Counted from the first letter of the stretch, positions 1 through 8,193 are shown. The stretch: 27,020 nucleotides of DNA from an uncultured Verrucomicrobiota bacterium (GCA_946534745.1 CAMNDA010000338.1:1-27020); one strand, 5' to 3'. Notes: generated from the letters alone by a model not told the origin. Program-made: numbers and translations.

Positions 1-192
1 CCGGCGCCTGCGCCGGCCCCGGTTGCTCCCGCCGTTCCGGTCGCGCCCGCTCCGGCCGCTCCCGCTCCGGTCGCTCCGGCCCTGGCTCCGGCCCTCGCGC
101 CCGCGCAAGAGCCCGCTCCGGCTCCCGCTCCGGCACCCGCTCCCGCCGCAGCCGCGTGGCAGCATCCCGGCAAGAAGGCCGCCGCCAAGTAG
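1..192 (+). CDS. 3' end of a Pro/Ala-rich hypothetical protein (5'-truncated)
   Basis: Frame 1 reads PAPAPAPVAPAVPVAPAP...WQHPGKKAAAK then TAG at 190-192; the next gene starts at 202 after a GGAG. Confidence 0.75.
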   Translation, partial: PAPAPAPVAPAVPVAPAPAAPAPVAPALAPALAPAQEPAPAPAPAPAPAAAAWQHPGKKAAAK

Positions 193-201
193 GAGCGAGC
201 G

Positions 202-660
202 ATGCCATTCCTCCTTTCCGAGAACACGCCGAAGAAAGCCCTCGTGGACGAAGCGCGGGCGATCATCGACCGTCAGGAGAGCGAGACCTGGCGCTGGTAC
301 GACGCGGACCTCCTGCGCTTCCTCGAAGCGGGGGTCGTCGCCCTGGAAAGGGAGCGCCCCGCCTCGGGATACCTCGGGGTCCGTCGCGTGCCTCGTGCGC
401 CCGTCGACATCCCGGAGCCGCCCGCCCGCCAGGACGCGGCCGGCTCCGACTCGGATTCCGACGAAACCGAACGGATGCAGGAGTACCTCGCGAAGATGGA
501 GGAGCTCCTCGCCGAACCGATCCTCGTGGACGGGCGCTGGCACGGGGCGCTCGTCGAATACGTCTGCTACGAGGCCTTCCGCCGCGACGAAAGCGACGCC
601 GCCTCGCAGAAGCTCGCACAGCAGCATTACCAGTCCTTCCTGGAGCTCGCCCAGAAATGA
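202..660 (+). CDS. Phage head-tail adaptor-like protein (DUF6682-like), 152 aa
   Basis: N-terminal 'EARAIIDRQESETWRWYDADLLRFL' and C-terminal 'WHGALVEYVCYEAFRRDESDAASQKLAQQHYQSF' match the recalled DUF6682 pattern; GGAG upstream. Confidence 0.7.
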   Translation: MPFLLSENTPKKALVDEARAIIDRQESETWRWYDADLLRFLEAGVVALERERPASGYLGVRRVPRAPVDIPEPPARQDAAGSDSDSDETERMQEYLAKMEELLAEPILVDGRWHGALVEYVCYEAFRRDESDAASQKLAQQHYQSFLELAQK

Positions 661-1364
661 AGACCGCCGAAGAACTTCCGGAGAGCCAGCGCTCCGCCCT
701 GACGGCGTCCGCGCCCGGAATCCAAGAACCCTCGGCGAAGGCGCTCGTCGAACGCCTGATGGTCTGGATGCGCGGGCTGTCCGACGCGGAGGCGCGGATC
801 GAGATCGCGGACCGGTTCTGCGAGTTCTGCGACCGCACCAACTGCTGGACGGTCGAGGAGTCCTGGCCTCTCGACCGGGAGCTCTGCCATACGTCCGGAT
901 GGCCGACCGTGCCGAACGGGGCCGTCGTGCTTCGCGTCCGCGAGTCGCGGTGCGGGGCGTGGACGTGGCGCGGGCTCCCGCCGTTCGTCCGGGCCGAGCG
1001 CCTGCCCGGCCCGAACCCGACGTTCGCCTTCGGCGCCTTTCCGCCCGAGGTCGGAGCGCTGAGGCTTCGCGCCGCGGCGCTGGGCGGGGAGGTGCCACTT
1101 TTCTCCGCCCGCCTCGTCCTCGCTCCCGGCATCGGAAGCGAATCGCTGCCGGCTGAAGTCGTCGAGCGGTATGGAGACGCGATCGTCTCCGGGGCGCGCG
1201 CACACCTCGCCGCGATGCCGGGCCGGCCCTGGAGCGATCCCCAGGGCGCCGCGATCCACGGACAGAAGTACAACGCCGCCGTCGCGTTCGCGCGCGGCGA
1301 GTTCGAATGCGGCGGCGTTCCGTCGCATCTTCAGACCCGTTCACGGACACCGTTCCTGATCTAG
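657..1364 (+). CDS. Second adaptor/tail-connector-like protein, 235 aa
   Basis: ATGA overlap with the previous stop; 'EIADRFCEFCDRTNCW' and 'IVSGARAHLAAMPGRPWSDPQGAAIH..KY' resemble the protein that usually follows DUF6682 in podophages. Confidence 0.55.
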   Translation: MKTAEELPESQRSALTASAPGIQEPSAKALVERLMVWMRGLSDAEARIEIADRFCEFCDRTNCWTVEESWPLDRELCHTSGWPTVPNGAVVLRVRESRCGAWTWRGLPPFVRAERLPGPNPTFAFGAFPPEVGALRLRAAALGGEVPLFSARLVLAPGIGSESLPAEVVERYGDAIVSGARAHLAAMPGRPWSDPQGAAIHGQKYNAAVAFARGEFECGGVPSHLQTRSRTPFLI

Positions 1365-1366
1365 CC

Positions 1367-1972
1367 ATGACTACCCTCGTTCTTGCGCTCGACCCCGAGA
1401 CCAAGCGCTTCGTGCGCGAGGACGGCCCCTGCGTCGTCCACGCCGGCGAAACGGTGAAGCTGGTCCTGCAGGGTCTCGGGGTCCATGCGGAGACCGCCAA
1501 CGCGAATCCGGCGGACGAGTCGCTCGCCGATCCGACGGCGCTGAACTACCCAGCCCTTCGCGCCCGCGTGGTCCACCCGGTCTACGGGGACGTGGCCATG
1601 TACCCGTTTCCGGGCTCCAGCCCGATGTGGAAGGACGAGCCGGACGGCTCGATCTCCTGCGAGCTTTCGCTCGACGTGGAGCAGCTCTTCGCCGTTGTGC
1701 GCAGCGGTCGCGCGGATGCGCTCCGCCTGTTCGTCGACCGCCCGTGGCCGCAGGACCTGCCGGCCGTCTACGGCGAGTACGGCCTGCGTGTGGACGACTG
1801 GCCGGAGGTGACGGGCGAGACGCGCGTCTGGCCTTCGGAGGGGCGCTACGTCTCGGCGCTCGGCGCCGTGCAGTCGCTCTCGGCGCTCGTCCCCGGCGAG
1901 TCGACGCTGCGCGAAACGCAGAAGGTGCTCAATGCCGTCCTCGCCGCACTCAAGAATCTTGCCCAAAGGTGA
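1367..1972 (+). CDS. Hypothetical virion protein with C-terminal fibre-type helix, 201 aa
   Basis: ATG 2 nt after the previous stop; GC3-biased codons; ends 'STLRETQKVLNAVLAALKNLAQR'. Confidence 0.75.
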   Translation: MTTLVLALDPETKRFVREDGPCVVHAGETVKLVLQGLGVHAETANANPADESLADPTALNYPALRARVVHPVYGDVAMYPFPGSSPMWKDEPDGSISCELSLDVEQLFAVVRSGRADALRLFVDRPWPQDLPAVYGEYGLRVDDWPEVTGETRVWPSEGRYVSALGAVQSLSALVPGESTLRETQKVLNAVLAALKNLAQR

Positions 1973-1976
1973 TGCC

Positions 1977-3050
1977 ATGAAACACTCCACGCTCCCCGTC
2001 GTCCTTTCCGCGGCCGCCGTCGGCATCTGCTTCGCGCTCGGCGCGTCGTCCTCCGCTTCGGAGGGCACCGCCCTCGCCGACCTTCCCGGATCCGCGCGGC
2101 TCTATACGGCCGAGCAGGTCGCCGCGCTCTTCTCCACCCTCGACGCGACCAACGCCATCGAGGCGATGCAGGCGATCCTCTCCACCAACGCCGTCCTGCG
2201 GGCGGAGCTGATGGATATGCACGGGCGGGACTGCCGGCGCGCCACGAACGGCGGCGTCGCCGACGGCGCGCTCATCATCGATCCGTACAGCGAGCAGGAG
2301 GCGTTCGTCTGGTCGGCGAACTCTCTCGACAACATGCTCATTCGGATGGGACTGCTCGAGAACGCCGCGCAGGGTGATTGCGGCTACGAGGATCGGTACG
2401 TCTGGCCGAACGCCCTCTGGTTCGCGAGGAGCATGTCCGACGCGGTTGACACCGACTTCGAGAGCCCGAGCGAGATGGTCCGGAACGTCAAAGAATCCGC
2501 AAGGCGAAACGCCATCATTCCAGACGCCGTTTACGACGATCTCGCGGCCGCCTCGTCGAATCTCGTCTCTTTGGCGGGCGAATCGGCGACTCTCCTTTCC
2601 CTCGCCCAGAATCCGCCGCAGGGCTGCACGTGCGATCCGGCGTCGGTGAACTCGCGCCTGGCCGCGCTGGAGGCGCGTCCGGCGTGCGGCTGCAACCTGT
2701 CGGACATTTCGGCGGTCGTCTCCGATCTTGAGAACGCCCTGTCGGCGCTCCAGGCGGTTGCCGCGGACCTTTCGTCCGTGTCCGCCTCCGCCGCCGACCT
2801 TGAATCCCGCCTTTCGGCAATCGAGTCGGCTCTCCAGTCCCTGTCTCCGCAGGAGGTCGCCGAACGGACGGGGACCCCCGTCGAGGTTGTCGAGGAGACG
2901 ATCGACCGTGCGCAGCAGGATGCCGCCGCCGCCGCCGACGACGTGACGGCCATCGCGGACGCCGCCTCGGAGATCGAGTCCTTCGGCGATGCCGTGGATG
3001 ACGTCGCCGAAGAGGTGGACGCCATCGTCGACATCCTGGGCGAAGTGTGA
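1977..3050 (+). CDS. Signal-peptide-bearing, acidic coiled-coil protein (fibre/decoration-like), 357 aa
   Basis: MKHSTLPVVLSAAAVGICFALGASSSA is signal-like; heptad-rich acidic C-half; two CxC motifs. Confidence 0.75.
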   Translation: MKHSTLPVVLSAAAVGICFALGASSSASEGTALADLPGSARLYTAEQVAALFSTLDATNAIEAMQAILSTNAVLRAELMDMHGRDCRRATNGGVADGALIIDPYSEQEAFVWSANSLDNMLIRMGLLENAAQGDCGYEDRYVWPNALWFARSMSDAVDTDFESPSEMVRNVKESARRNAIIPDAVYDDLAAASSNLVSLAGESATLLSLAQNPPQGCTCDPASVNSRLAALEARPACGCNLSDISAVVSDLENALSALQAVAADLSSVSASAADLESRLSAIESALQSLSPQEVAERTGTPVEVVEETIDRAQQDAAAAADDVTAIADAASEIESFGDAVDDVAEEVDAIVDILGEV

Positions 3051-3063
3051 GGAGGGCTCCGCG

Positions 3064-3870
3064 ATGATGCCGATGCCGATTCCGTACGTTCCGATTCCGG
3101 GGTGCCCGCTTCCTCCCCCGCCACCGCCTCCGCGTCCGCAGCATCCGACGCTCTGGCCGCAGGACACCTACACGCGCAAAGAGGTGAACGACAAGGACGC
3201 GCGAACCCTTTCCGAGGCCAAGGCGTACGTGGACGAGTCCGTCGAGGCTCGTCTTTCCGCGGCCGCAGCCAGGACGATCGCCGCCACGGAGCAGGCCGCC
3301 GAGCAGGCCATGGAAAGCCAGCGCGCGGCAGCCAGCGCTTCCGCCGCCGCGACCGAGGCGGCGAACAATGCGGCGCGGGCCGCGGCGGACGCCGTGGCGG
3401 ACGCCAAGCGCATCGTCGAGTCTCCGGACGGCGAGAAGAACGTCACCGTGACGAACGACGGCGAGGCGATCCTTCGCGGCGGCGGCGTCCGCATCGTCTT
3501 CCGGTTCACCGGAGACGCGGAGGAGACGACGCTCTACCGCTACGGCGACACGGACTGGTATCTGCTTCCCGGCGCGACGCCGCCGACCGGAGAGGATATC
3601 CAGGCCTTCCCGACGCCCTGCGCGCAGTTCGGCCAGTTCGAGGTCATCTACCGCAAGGAGGGCGGGACGGTCGTCGAGTACGCCCTGCAGGAGCGGTTCA
3701 ACAACATGTCCTACTTCATCCGGGCCCACGGCGGAGGCAACTCCGGCACCTGGCGGTTCGAAGGATGCGATTCGGCCGGCGTCGTCACGCGCGCCGACCT
3801 GCGTCGCATCGCGCGCGGCTGCAATGACGCGACCGCGCTTCTCACGGCATTGCGCAACCTTCTCGACTGA
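3064..3870 (+). CDS. Fibre-like protein: polyproline N-terminus, Ala-rich coiled coil, small beta-rich domain, 268 aa
   Basis: GAGGAGG upstream; MMPMPIPYVPIPGCPLPPPPPPPR...DTYTRKEVND...; TGATG overlap with the next gene. Confidence 0.75.
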   Translation: MMPMPIPYVPIPGCPLPPPPPPPRPQHPTLWPQDTYTRKEVNDKDARTLSEAKAYVDESVEARLSAAAARTIAATEQAAEQAMESQRAAASASAAATEAANNAARAAADAVADAKRIVESPDGEKNVTVTNDGEAILRGGGVRIVFRFTGDAEETTLYRYGDTDWYLLPGATPPTGEDIQAFPTPCAQFGQFEVIYRKEGGTVVEYALQERFNNMSYFIRAHGGGNSGTWRFEGCDSAGVVTRADLRRIARGCNDATALLTALRNLLD

Positions 3871-4232
3871 TGCCTTCCGCCGCCCTCCAGCCGCACTTCG
3901 AGAACGTTCGGCCCGGCAGGCAGGTCGTTCTTCCTCCGCCGCCCCCGCGGCTCGTTCCGGTCCCGTTCCCCGTTCGGGGGCCGCATCCGCCTCCCCTCGT
4001 CGAGCCGGCGCGCATGCCGCTTACGCCGAAGACGGGGATGCTGCGGACGGAGCTGGAGGAGCGCTTCCGCGAGATCGAGGAGAGCGGGCCCGCGCGGGAG
4101 CTCTCAAACATCAAGGCGCAGATCCGGACGGCCCTCGCGCTCATCGGGCGCTCGCAGATCACCGACACGCTCCGCCAGACGCGCGAGCGGCAGAACCAGA
4201 TCATCACCCTGCTCGAGACCATCTCGCAGTAA
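3870..4232 (+). CDS. Hypothetical protein with polyproline N-half and helical C-half, 120 aa
   Basis: TGATG coupling to the previous gene; ends 'TDTLRQTRERQNQIITLLETISQ'. Confidence 0.7.
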   Translation: MPSAALQPHFENVRPGRQVVLPPPPPRLVPVPFPVRGPHPPPLVEPARMPLTPKTGMLRTELEERFREIEESGPARELSNIKAQIRTALALIGRSQITDTLRQTRERQNQIITLLETISQ

Positions 4233-4237
4233 CCACG

Positions 4238-4244
4238 GAAAGGA
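4238..4244 (+). promoter_or_regulatory. Ribosome-binding site (GAAAGGA)
   Basis: GAAAGGA 8 nt before ATG 4253; the same heptamer precedes ATG 7525 (7510-7516) and ATG 17869 (17856-17862). Confidence 0.7.
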
Positions 4245-4252
4245 AACGAAAA

Positions 4253-5653
4253 ATGGCAAACACCGCAACAACCAAGCAGATTCTCGACAACCTCACCTAC
4301 GACACCGAGGTCTACACCGCAGCTGGCGTCGACAAGGCGATCTCCGACGCGCTCGTCGGCGGCTACAAGATCAAGGGCAACGCGACGGTCGCCGAGCTCA
4401 ACACTCTCGCGCCCTCCGTGGCGCAGGCGTCCGCGACCCTCAAGGTCGGCGACGTCTACAACCTCACGACCGCCGGCACGCTCGCCGCCGCGGCCACTAC
4501 GGAAGACGCGAGCGTGGTCAAGGGCGACAACGTCGTGTGGACGGAGGACGGCTGGGACCTCAACCGCGGCCTCGTCAGCATGGAGGGCAAGCAGGACAAG
4601 ATCACCGCGTCCGGGCTGCTCAAGGGCGACGGCTCCGGCGGCGTCACGGCCGCGGTCGCCGGGACGGATTACGTGGCGCCCGTCAGCGGAAAGGGCCTTT
4701 CGACCAACGACTACACGACGGCCGATAAGGCCAAACTCGACAATATCGCAGCGAAAGCGAATCTCGGGTTCTCCTCCGTTCAGATCGAAGATTCGACGGG
4801 GGCTTCGATTGGAGGACGTGCGGCTACCGAGTCAAACTCGCTGCTGACAATCCGCGGGAAGAAGAATGTCACGCTTTCCAATAGTGGAGCCGACGTCGAA
4901 CTCTCCGTTGCCGATGGCTCTGCCTCTACCGCGGGCGTTGTGAAGCTTTCGGACGCCACGGATGGTACCGCCGCAGCCGCGTCCGGCGCGACCGCCGCGA
5001 CCCCGAAAGCCGTCGCGGACGCACTCTCGGCCGCGAAGTCCTACGCGGACACCGTCAAGGGCGACGCCAACGTCATCGAGGGCGTCAAGCTCGCCGGCGC
5101 GTCCGGGAATCTCACGCCGAGCTCGAAGGTCGTCACGATCCCGAACGCCGTCGCGACCGGCGAGACCAGCGCTACGAACGGCCTGATGACCGCGGACGAC
5201 AAGAAGAAACTGTCCGACCTTCCGGCCGACGCCAACGTGGGCTTCACGGGCATCACGGGCACGAGCGGCAACGCGAGCGCGGACGCCACCCACGCGGACG
5301 TCGTGATCACCGGGACGAACATCACGGCGGCAGTGTCGTCGAACAATGCCGGCGTACTCGTCGCGCTCGCCGTCGCGGACGGCTCGACCTCCGTCAAGGG
5401 CGTTGTCCAGCTCTCGAACTCGACGAGCGACACCTCCACGTCGAAGGCCGCGACCGCCTCTGCCGTCAAGTCCGCCTACGACCGCGGCAGCGCCGGCGTC
5501 ACCGCTGCCGCCACCGAGAAGACCAAGCGCAACGCCGTCGCGACCGCGCTCTCGACCTACGATGCCCTCACGCAGGGTAGCTCGATGTCCGATACGCGCG
5601 CGCTCATCAACGCGCTGCTTGCGGCTCTGAAGGCGTTCGGGGCCAATTCGTGA
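4253..5653 (+). CDS. Tail/head fibre protein with phage tail-fibre repeats, 466 aa
   Basis: Two copies of 'VADGSxSxxGVVxLS...AATxxAV' (lambda Stf/T4-type tail-fibre repeat pattern); 'VSGKGLSTNDYTTADKAKL' and 'NGLMTADDKKKL' fibre motifs; very rich in Ala/Ser/Thr/Gly; strong RBS. Confidence 0.85.
   Translation: MANTATTKQILDNLTYDTEVYTAAGVDKAISDALVGGYKIKGNATVAELNTLAPSVAQASATLKVGDVYNLTTAGTLAAAATTEDASVVKGDNVVWTEDGWDLNRGLVSMEGKQDKITASGLLKGDGSGGVTAAVAGTDYVAPVSGKGLSTNDYTTADKAKLDNIAAKANLGFSSVQIEDSTGASIGGRAATESNSLLTIRGKKNVTLSNSGADVELSVADGSASTAGVVKLSDATDGTAAAASGATAATPKAVADALSAAKSYADTVKGDANVIEGVKLAGASGNLTPSSKVVTIPNAVATGETSATNGLMTADDKKKLSDLPADANVGFTGITGTSGNASADATHADVVITGTNITAAVSSNNAGVLVALAVADGSTSVKGVVQLSNSTSDTSTSKAATASAVKSAYDRGSAGVTAAATEKTKRNAVATALSTYDALTQGSSMSDTRALINALLAALKAFGANS
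4718..5482 (+). repeat. Two diverged ~100-aa fibre modules (about 4718-5023 and 5189-5482)
   Basis: TADKAKLDNIAAKANLGF...VADGSASTAGVVKLSD...AATPKAVADA versus TADDKKKLSDLPADANVGF...VADGSTSVKGVVQLSN...AATASAVKSAYD. Confidence 0.75.
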
Positions 5654-6351
5654 TGAAGCGCCACTTCGCACTCGTCATCGCGCTCGCCGCCTCGCTCGCC
5701 GGAGCGGCGACGCCGACTCTCTTTGACGACCTTACGTACTCCAACCGGCTCTACACGGCCGAGGCCGTGGACGAGCTCGTCGCAGGCGCCGGCGGCGGCG
5801 CGGACCTCTCGGAGGTCTCGAATCTCGTCGCCGGCGTCGTCGCCGAGGGCGGCGCGAGCGTGGCGGCGACGGAGACGTGGCGCATCATCCTCGCGGACCA
5901 TCAGCGCCGCCTCGACGCGATCGAGGAGGCGGACGGCACCGGCTACATCACGGCCGCGCAGGCCGAGGATCTCGTCCGCACGCGCGTCGAGGCGACGGTC
6001 CAGGACGAGATGCAGGAGTGGTACGAGTCCGCGGCCGATGTCCCGGAGCAGTCCGTCGCCGTCGACTCCACGACCATCAATGCAAATACCTCCGGCGTAT
6101 CCGTCCGCCTCTCGCCGCGCCGGGCGACGCGCTACTACGCCTCCACGGCCAACAGTCGCACGATCGGCTTCTCTTCCTTCTCCGGCGTTGGCAACATCCC
6201 GTGCATCCTGATCCTGGAGCGCTTTTCGTCCGTCACATGGCCGAGCGGCGCGAAAATCGAGACCGCCTACGCCTACAACTCGGGCAACCCGAACGTCTAC
6301 GCGATCTACAAACTCAACGGCGTCATCTACGCCAAGAAACTCTACCCGTGA
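5653..6351 (+). CDS. Signal-peptide-bearing fibre-like protein, 232 aa
   Basis: TGATG overlap; MKRHFALVIALAASLAGA is signal-like; short coiled coil then a beta-rich C-terminal domain ('SVTWPSGAKIETAYAYNSGNPNVYAIY'). Confidence 0.75.
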   Translation: MKRHFALVIALAASLAGAATPTLFDDLTYSNRLYTAEAVDELVAGAGGGADLSEVSNLVAGVVAEGGASVAATETWRIILADHQRRLDAIEEADGTGYITAAQAEDLVRTRVEATVQDEMQEWYESAADVPEQSVAVDSTTINANTSGVSVRLSPRRATRYYASTANSRTIGFSSFSGVGNIPCILILERFSSVTWPSGAKIETAYAYNSGNPNVYAIYKLNGVIYAKKLYP

Positions 6352-7013
6352 AGACCCTCGTTCTCTTGTCCGCCCTGATCGGCGCCGTCCTCTCGCTGGC
6401 CTGGACAAGTCCGTACTCCGGCGTTAGGAACTTTCATAGCCGGAAGGTCTCGGCCGATGGCGCCGCCGTGGCGTTCCCGTCGTACTACGAGCCGTGGATG
6501 CCAACGAGCGCGCCCGGATTCGCCACATCGCCATACCGAAGTCCGGCCATGGTCTGGTACGATCCCGAATCCAACAGCATCGTGTTCTACGACGGAGCGC
6601 CAAGATGGATCACGCTGATCGCCAGGCCGGACCCCGAGCTGGTGTACTTTCACGAGTTCTCCCACTGGTTGCAGTACAGTCTGGCTGGTACGACGAACGC
6701 CGTGCCGGACTACGTGTTCGACGGCCTTGAATCCGACAGGTCCGCCCTTATGGACAGGGGATACACGAACGACCTGGAGAACGTTGGAGGGCTTGAGGCC
6801 TACTTCGACGGCCGCAGCGCAATCTACTATGGCTTCTTCGGGAAATGGGACGTCGATTACGGCGCTGGCGTCCCGCGCGCGGAGGCGTTCGCCGTGGTTC
6901 TCTCGATGGTGAAGACCGGACGCTACGGCAATCTCCTCGACGAGTTCGTCCCGGATTCGAAAGTGTCCGTCGAACGATGGCTGGATGACATGAGGAAGGA
7001 AATCGCAGAATGA
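6348..7013 (+). CDS. Secreted zincin-like metallopeptidase (HExxH), 221 aa
   Basis: GTGA overlap; MKTLVLLSALIGAVLSLA is signal-like; HEFSH at 6651-6665 and downstream 'RAEAFA' (Glu at 6882) as candidate third zinc ligand. Confidence 0.65.
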   Translation: MKTLVLLSALIGAVLSLAWTSPYSGVRNFHSRKVSADGAAVAFPSYYEPWMPTSAPGFATSPYRSPAMVWYDPESNSIVFYDGAPRWITLIARPDPELVYFHEFSHWLQYSLAGTTNAVPDYVFDGLESDRSALMDRGYTNDLENVGGLEAYFDGRSAIYYGFFGKWDVDYGAGVPRAEAFAVVLSMVKTGRYGNLLDEFVPDSKVSVERWLDDMRKEIAE

Positions 7014-7528
7014 AAAAACTCGTCCTTAGTCTTTGCCTCTTCGCCGCCGCCGCCGGCGCGCAAGAACTCCTCCGCATCGTGAACGGCGTGGAGGAGCGCG
7101 CGAGCGTTCCCGCGGGTCTCCCGGCCGTCGTCACGAACGCCTACGCCGAGCGGCTCTACGCCACCGGCTACCGTCCGATCGAGACCGTCAACGCCCCGCA
7201 CTCCGACTGGTGTACCCGTGCCGTCCGGACCGTCAACCTCACTAACGGTGTCTACCGCGTCGAATGGATCGAGTGTCCGGTGCCTGTTCCGCTTGACCGC
7301 GTGAAGCTCACGACCGCGATGCTCGGACTGCCGGACGGGACAAACCTCCTCGCTTCGGCGATGTCCGTTCCGTCCGTTGCCGAGTGGTTCGTCTCCGATC
7401 CGGTCTATACCCGAGGTTCGGAGCTCGCGCTCGCGATGCAGCGTCTCCTCGGGCTCGACCAGGCCTCGCTCGAGGCTCTCGTGAAGCCCTCTGCGGCAGA
7501 CTCCTGGATGAAAGGACAGCAAGAATGA
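7010..7528 (+). CDS. Signal-peptide-bearing hypothetical protein, 172 aa
   Basis: ATGA overlap; MKKLVLSLCLFAAAAGA followed by QE is a classic signal peptidase I site. Confidence 0.8.
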   Translation: MKKLVLSLCLFAAAAGAQELLRIVNGVEERASVPAGLPAVVTNAYAERLYATGYRPIETVNAPHSDWCTRAVRTVNLTNGVYRVEWIECPVPVPLDRVKLTTAMLGLPDGTNLLASAMSVPSVAEWFVSDPVYTRGSELALAMQRLLGLDQASLEALVKPSAADSWMKGQQE

Positions 7529-8190
7529 ATCAGAAAAACTCGAAAGACCGTCCGCTTTCCTCCGTCGAAAGCGCAGCCTGCAGGCTCCTCTGCGCCATGC
7601 TGGTGCTCTTCCTGCTCGATTTGGGGCTCTGTTCGTCGGCGGGGTGCGCTTCCGTCGAACTGCCTCCGCAGGAGACGTACGATTTCGTCACCAACGCGCT
7701 TCAGCGCGGCGCGTCGATCTGGCGCGAGACTCATGCCGGCCCCGCCGAAGGGAGCGACTCCGGAAACGGTGCTTCTTCGGAATCGGCGGGGCCGGCTTCC
7801 TCTTCTTCCGTCTGTTTGGATTTCCGCTTCGGCGGGTTCAATGGAGCGAAGGCGAAGGAGGACCCGCGCTGCCGTCTCTCCTCGCCGAAGATCACGGCCG
7901 ATTCGATCCGCTACAAGTGGGAGACGAAGGTGCCGTCGGACTGGGCCCGCAACAAGACCGAGAGCGGCAACCTCGTGATCGCGGCGGCGTTCTTCTGGGA
8001 CGAGGACGCGAAGAAGTGGGTCGGCGGCAAGTTCGAATGGACGGACGAGAGCCGCTCCTCCCGCTCCTGCCAGAACATCTACGAGGGCTACGGCGGCTGG
8101 GAAGCGGCGGCGTGGGAGTACGCGAAGAAGCGCGCGTTCTGCGTACTGAGCGCGGACGGGAAGTATCGCAGCAACCTCCTGGAGGACTAG
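7525..8190 (+). CDS. Putative lipoprotein with Trp-rich C-terminal domain, 221 aa
   Basis: ATGA overlap and GAAAGGA RBS; hydrophobic stretch ending in lipobox-like SAGC; Ser/Gly linker; C-domain 'KKWVGGKFEWTDESRSSRSCQNIYEGYGGW'. Confidence 0.65.
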   Translation: MNQKNSKDRPLSSVESAACRLLCAMLVLFLLDLGLCSSAGCASVELPPQETYDFVTNALQRGASIWRETHAGPAEGSDSGNGASSESAGPASSSSVCLDFRFGGFNGAKAKEDPRCRLSSPKITADSIRYKWETKVPSDWARNKTESGNLVIAAAFFWDEDAKKWVGGKFEWTDESRSSRSCQNIYEGYGGWEAAAWEYAKKRAFCVLSADGKYRSNLLED

Positions 8191-8193
8191 CCG

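Noticed and set aside
1-190. CRISPR-like or regulatory tandem repeat (GCTCCG/CCCGCT units)
   Set aside because: Explained by a Pro-Ala coding tract; no constant repeat with unique spacers.
1367-7528. Diversity-generating retroelement acting on fibre genes
   Set aside because: No reverse transcriptase and no near-identical template/variable repeat pair differing at adenines was seen in the window.
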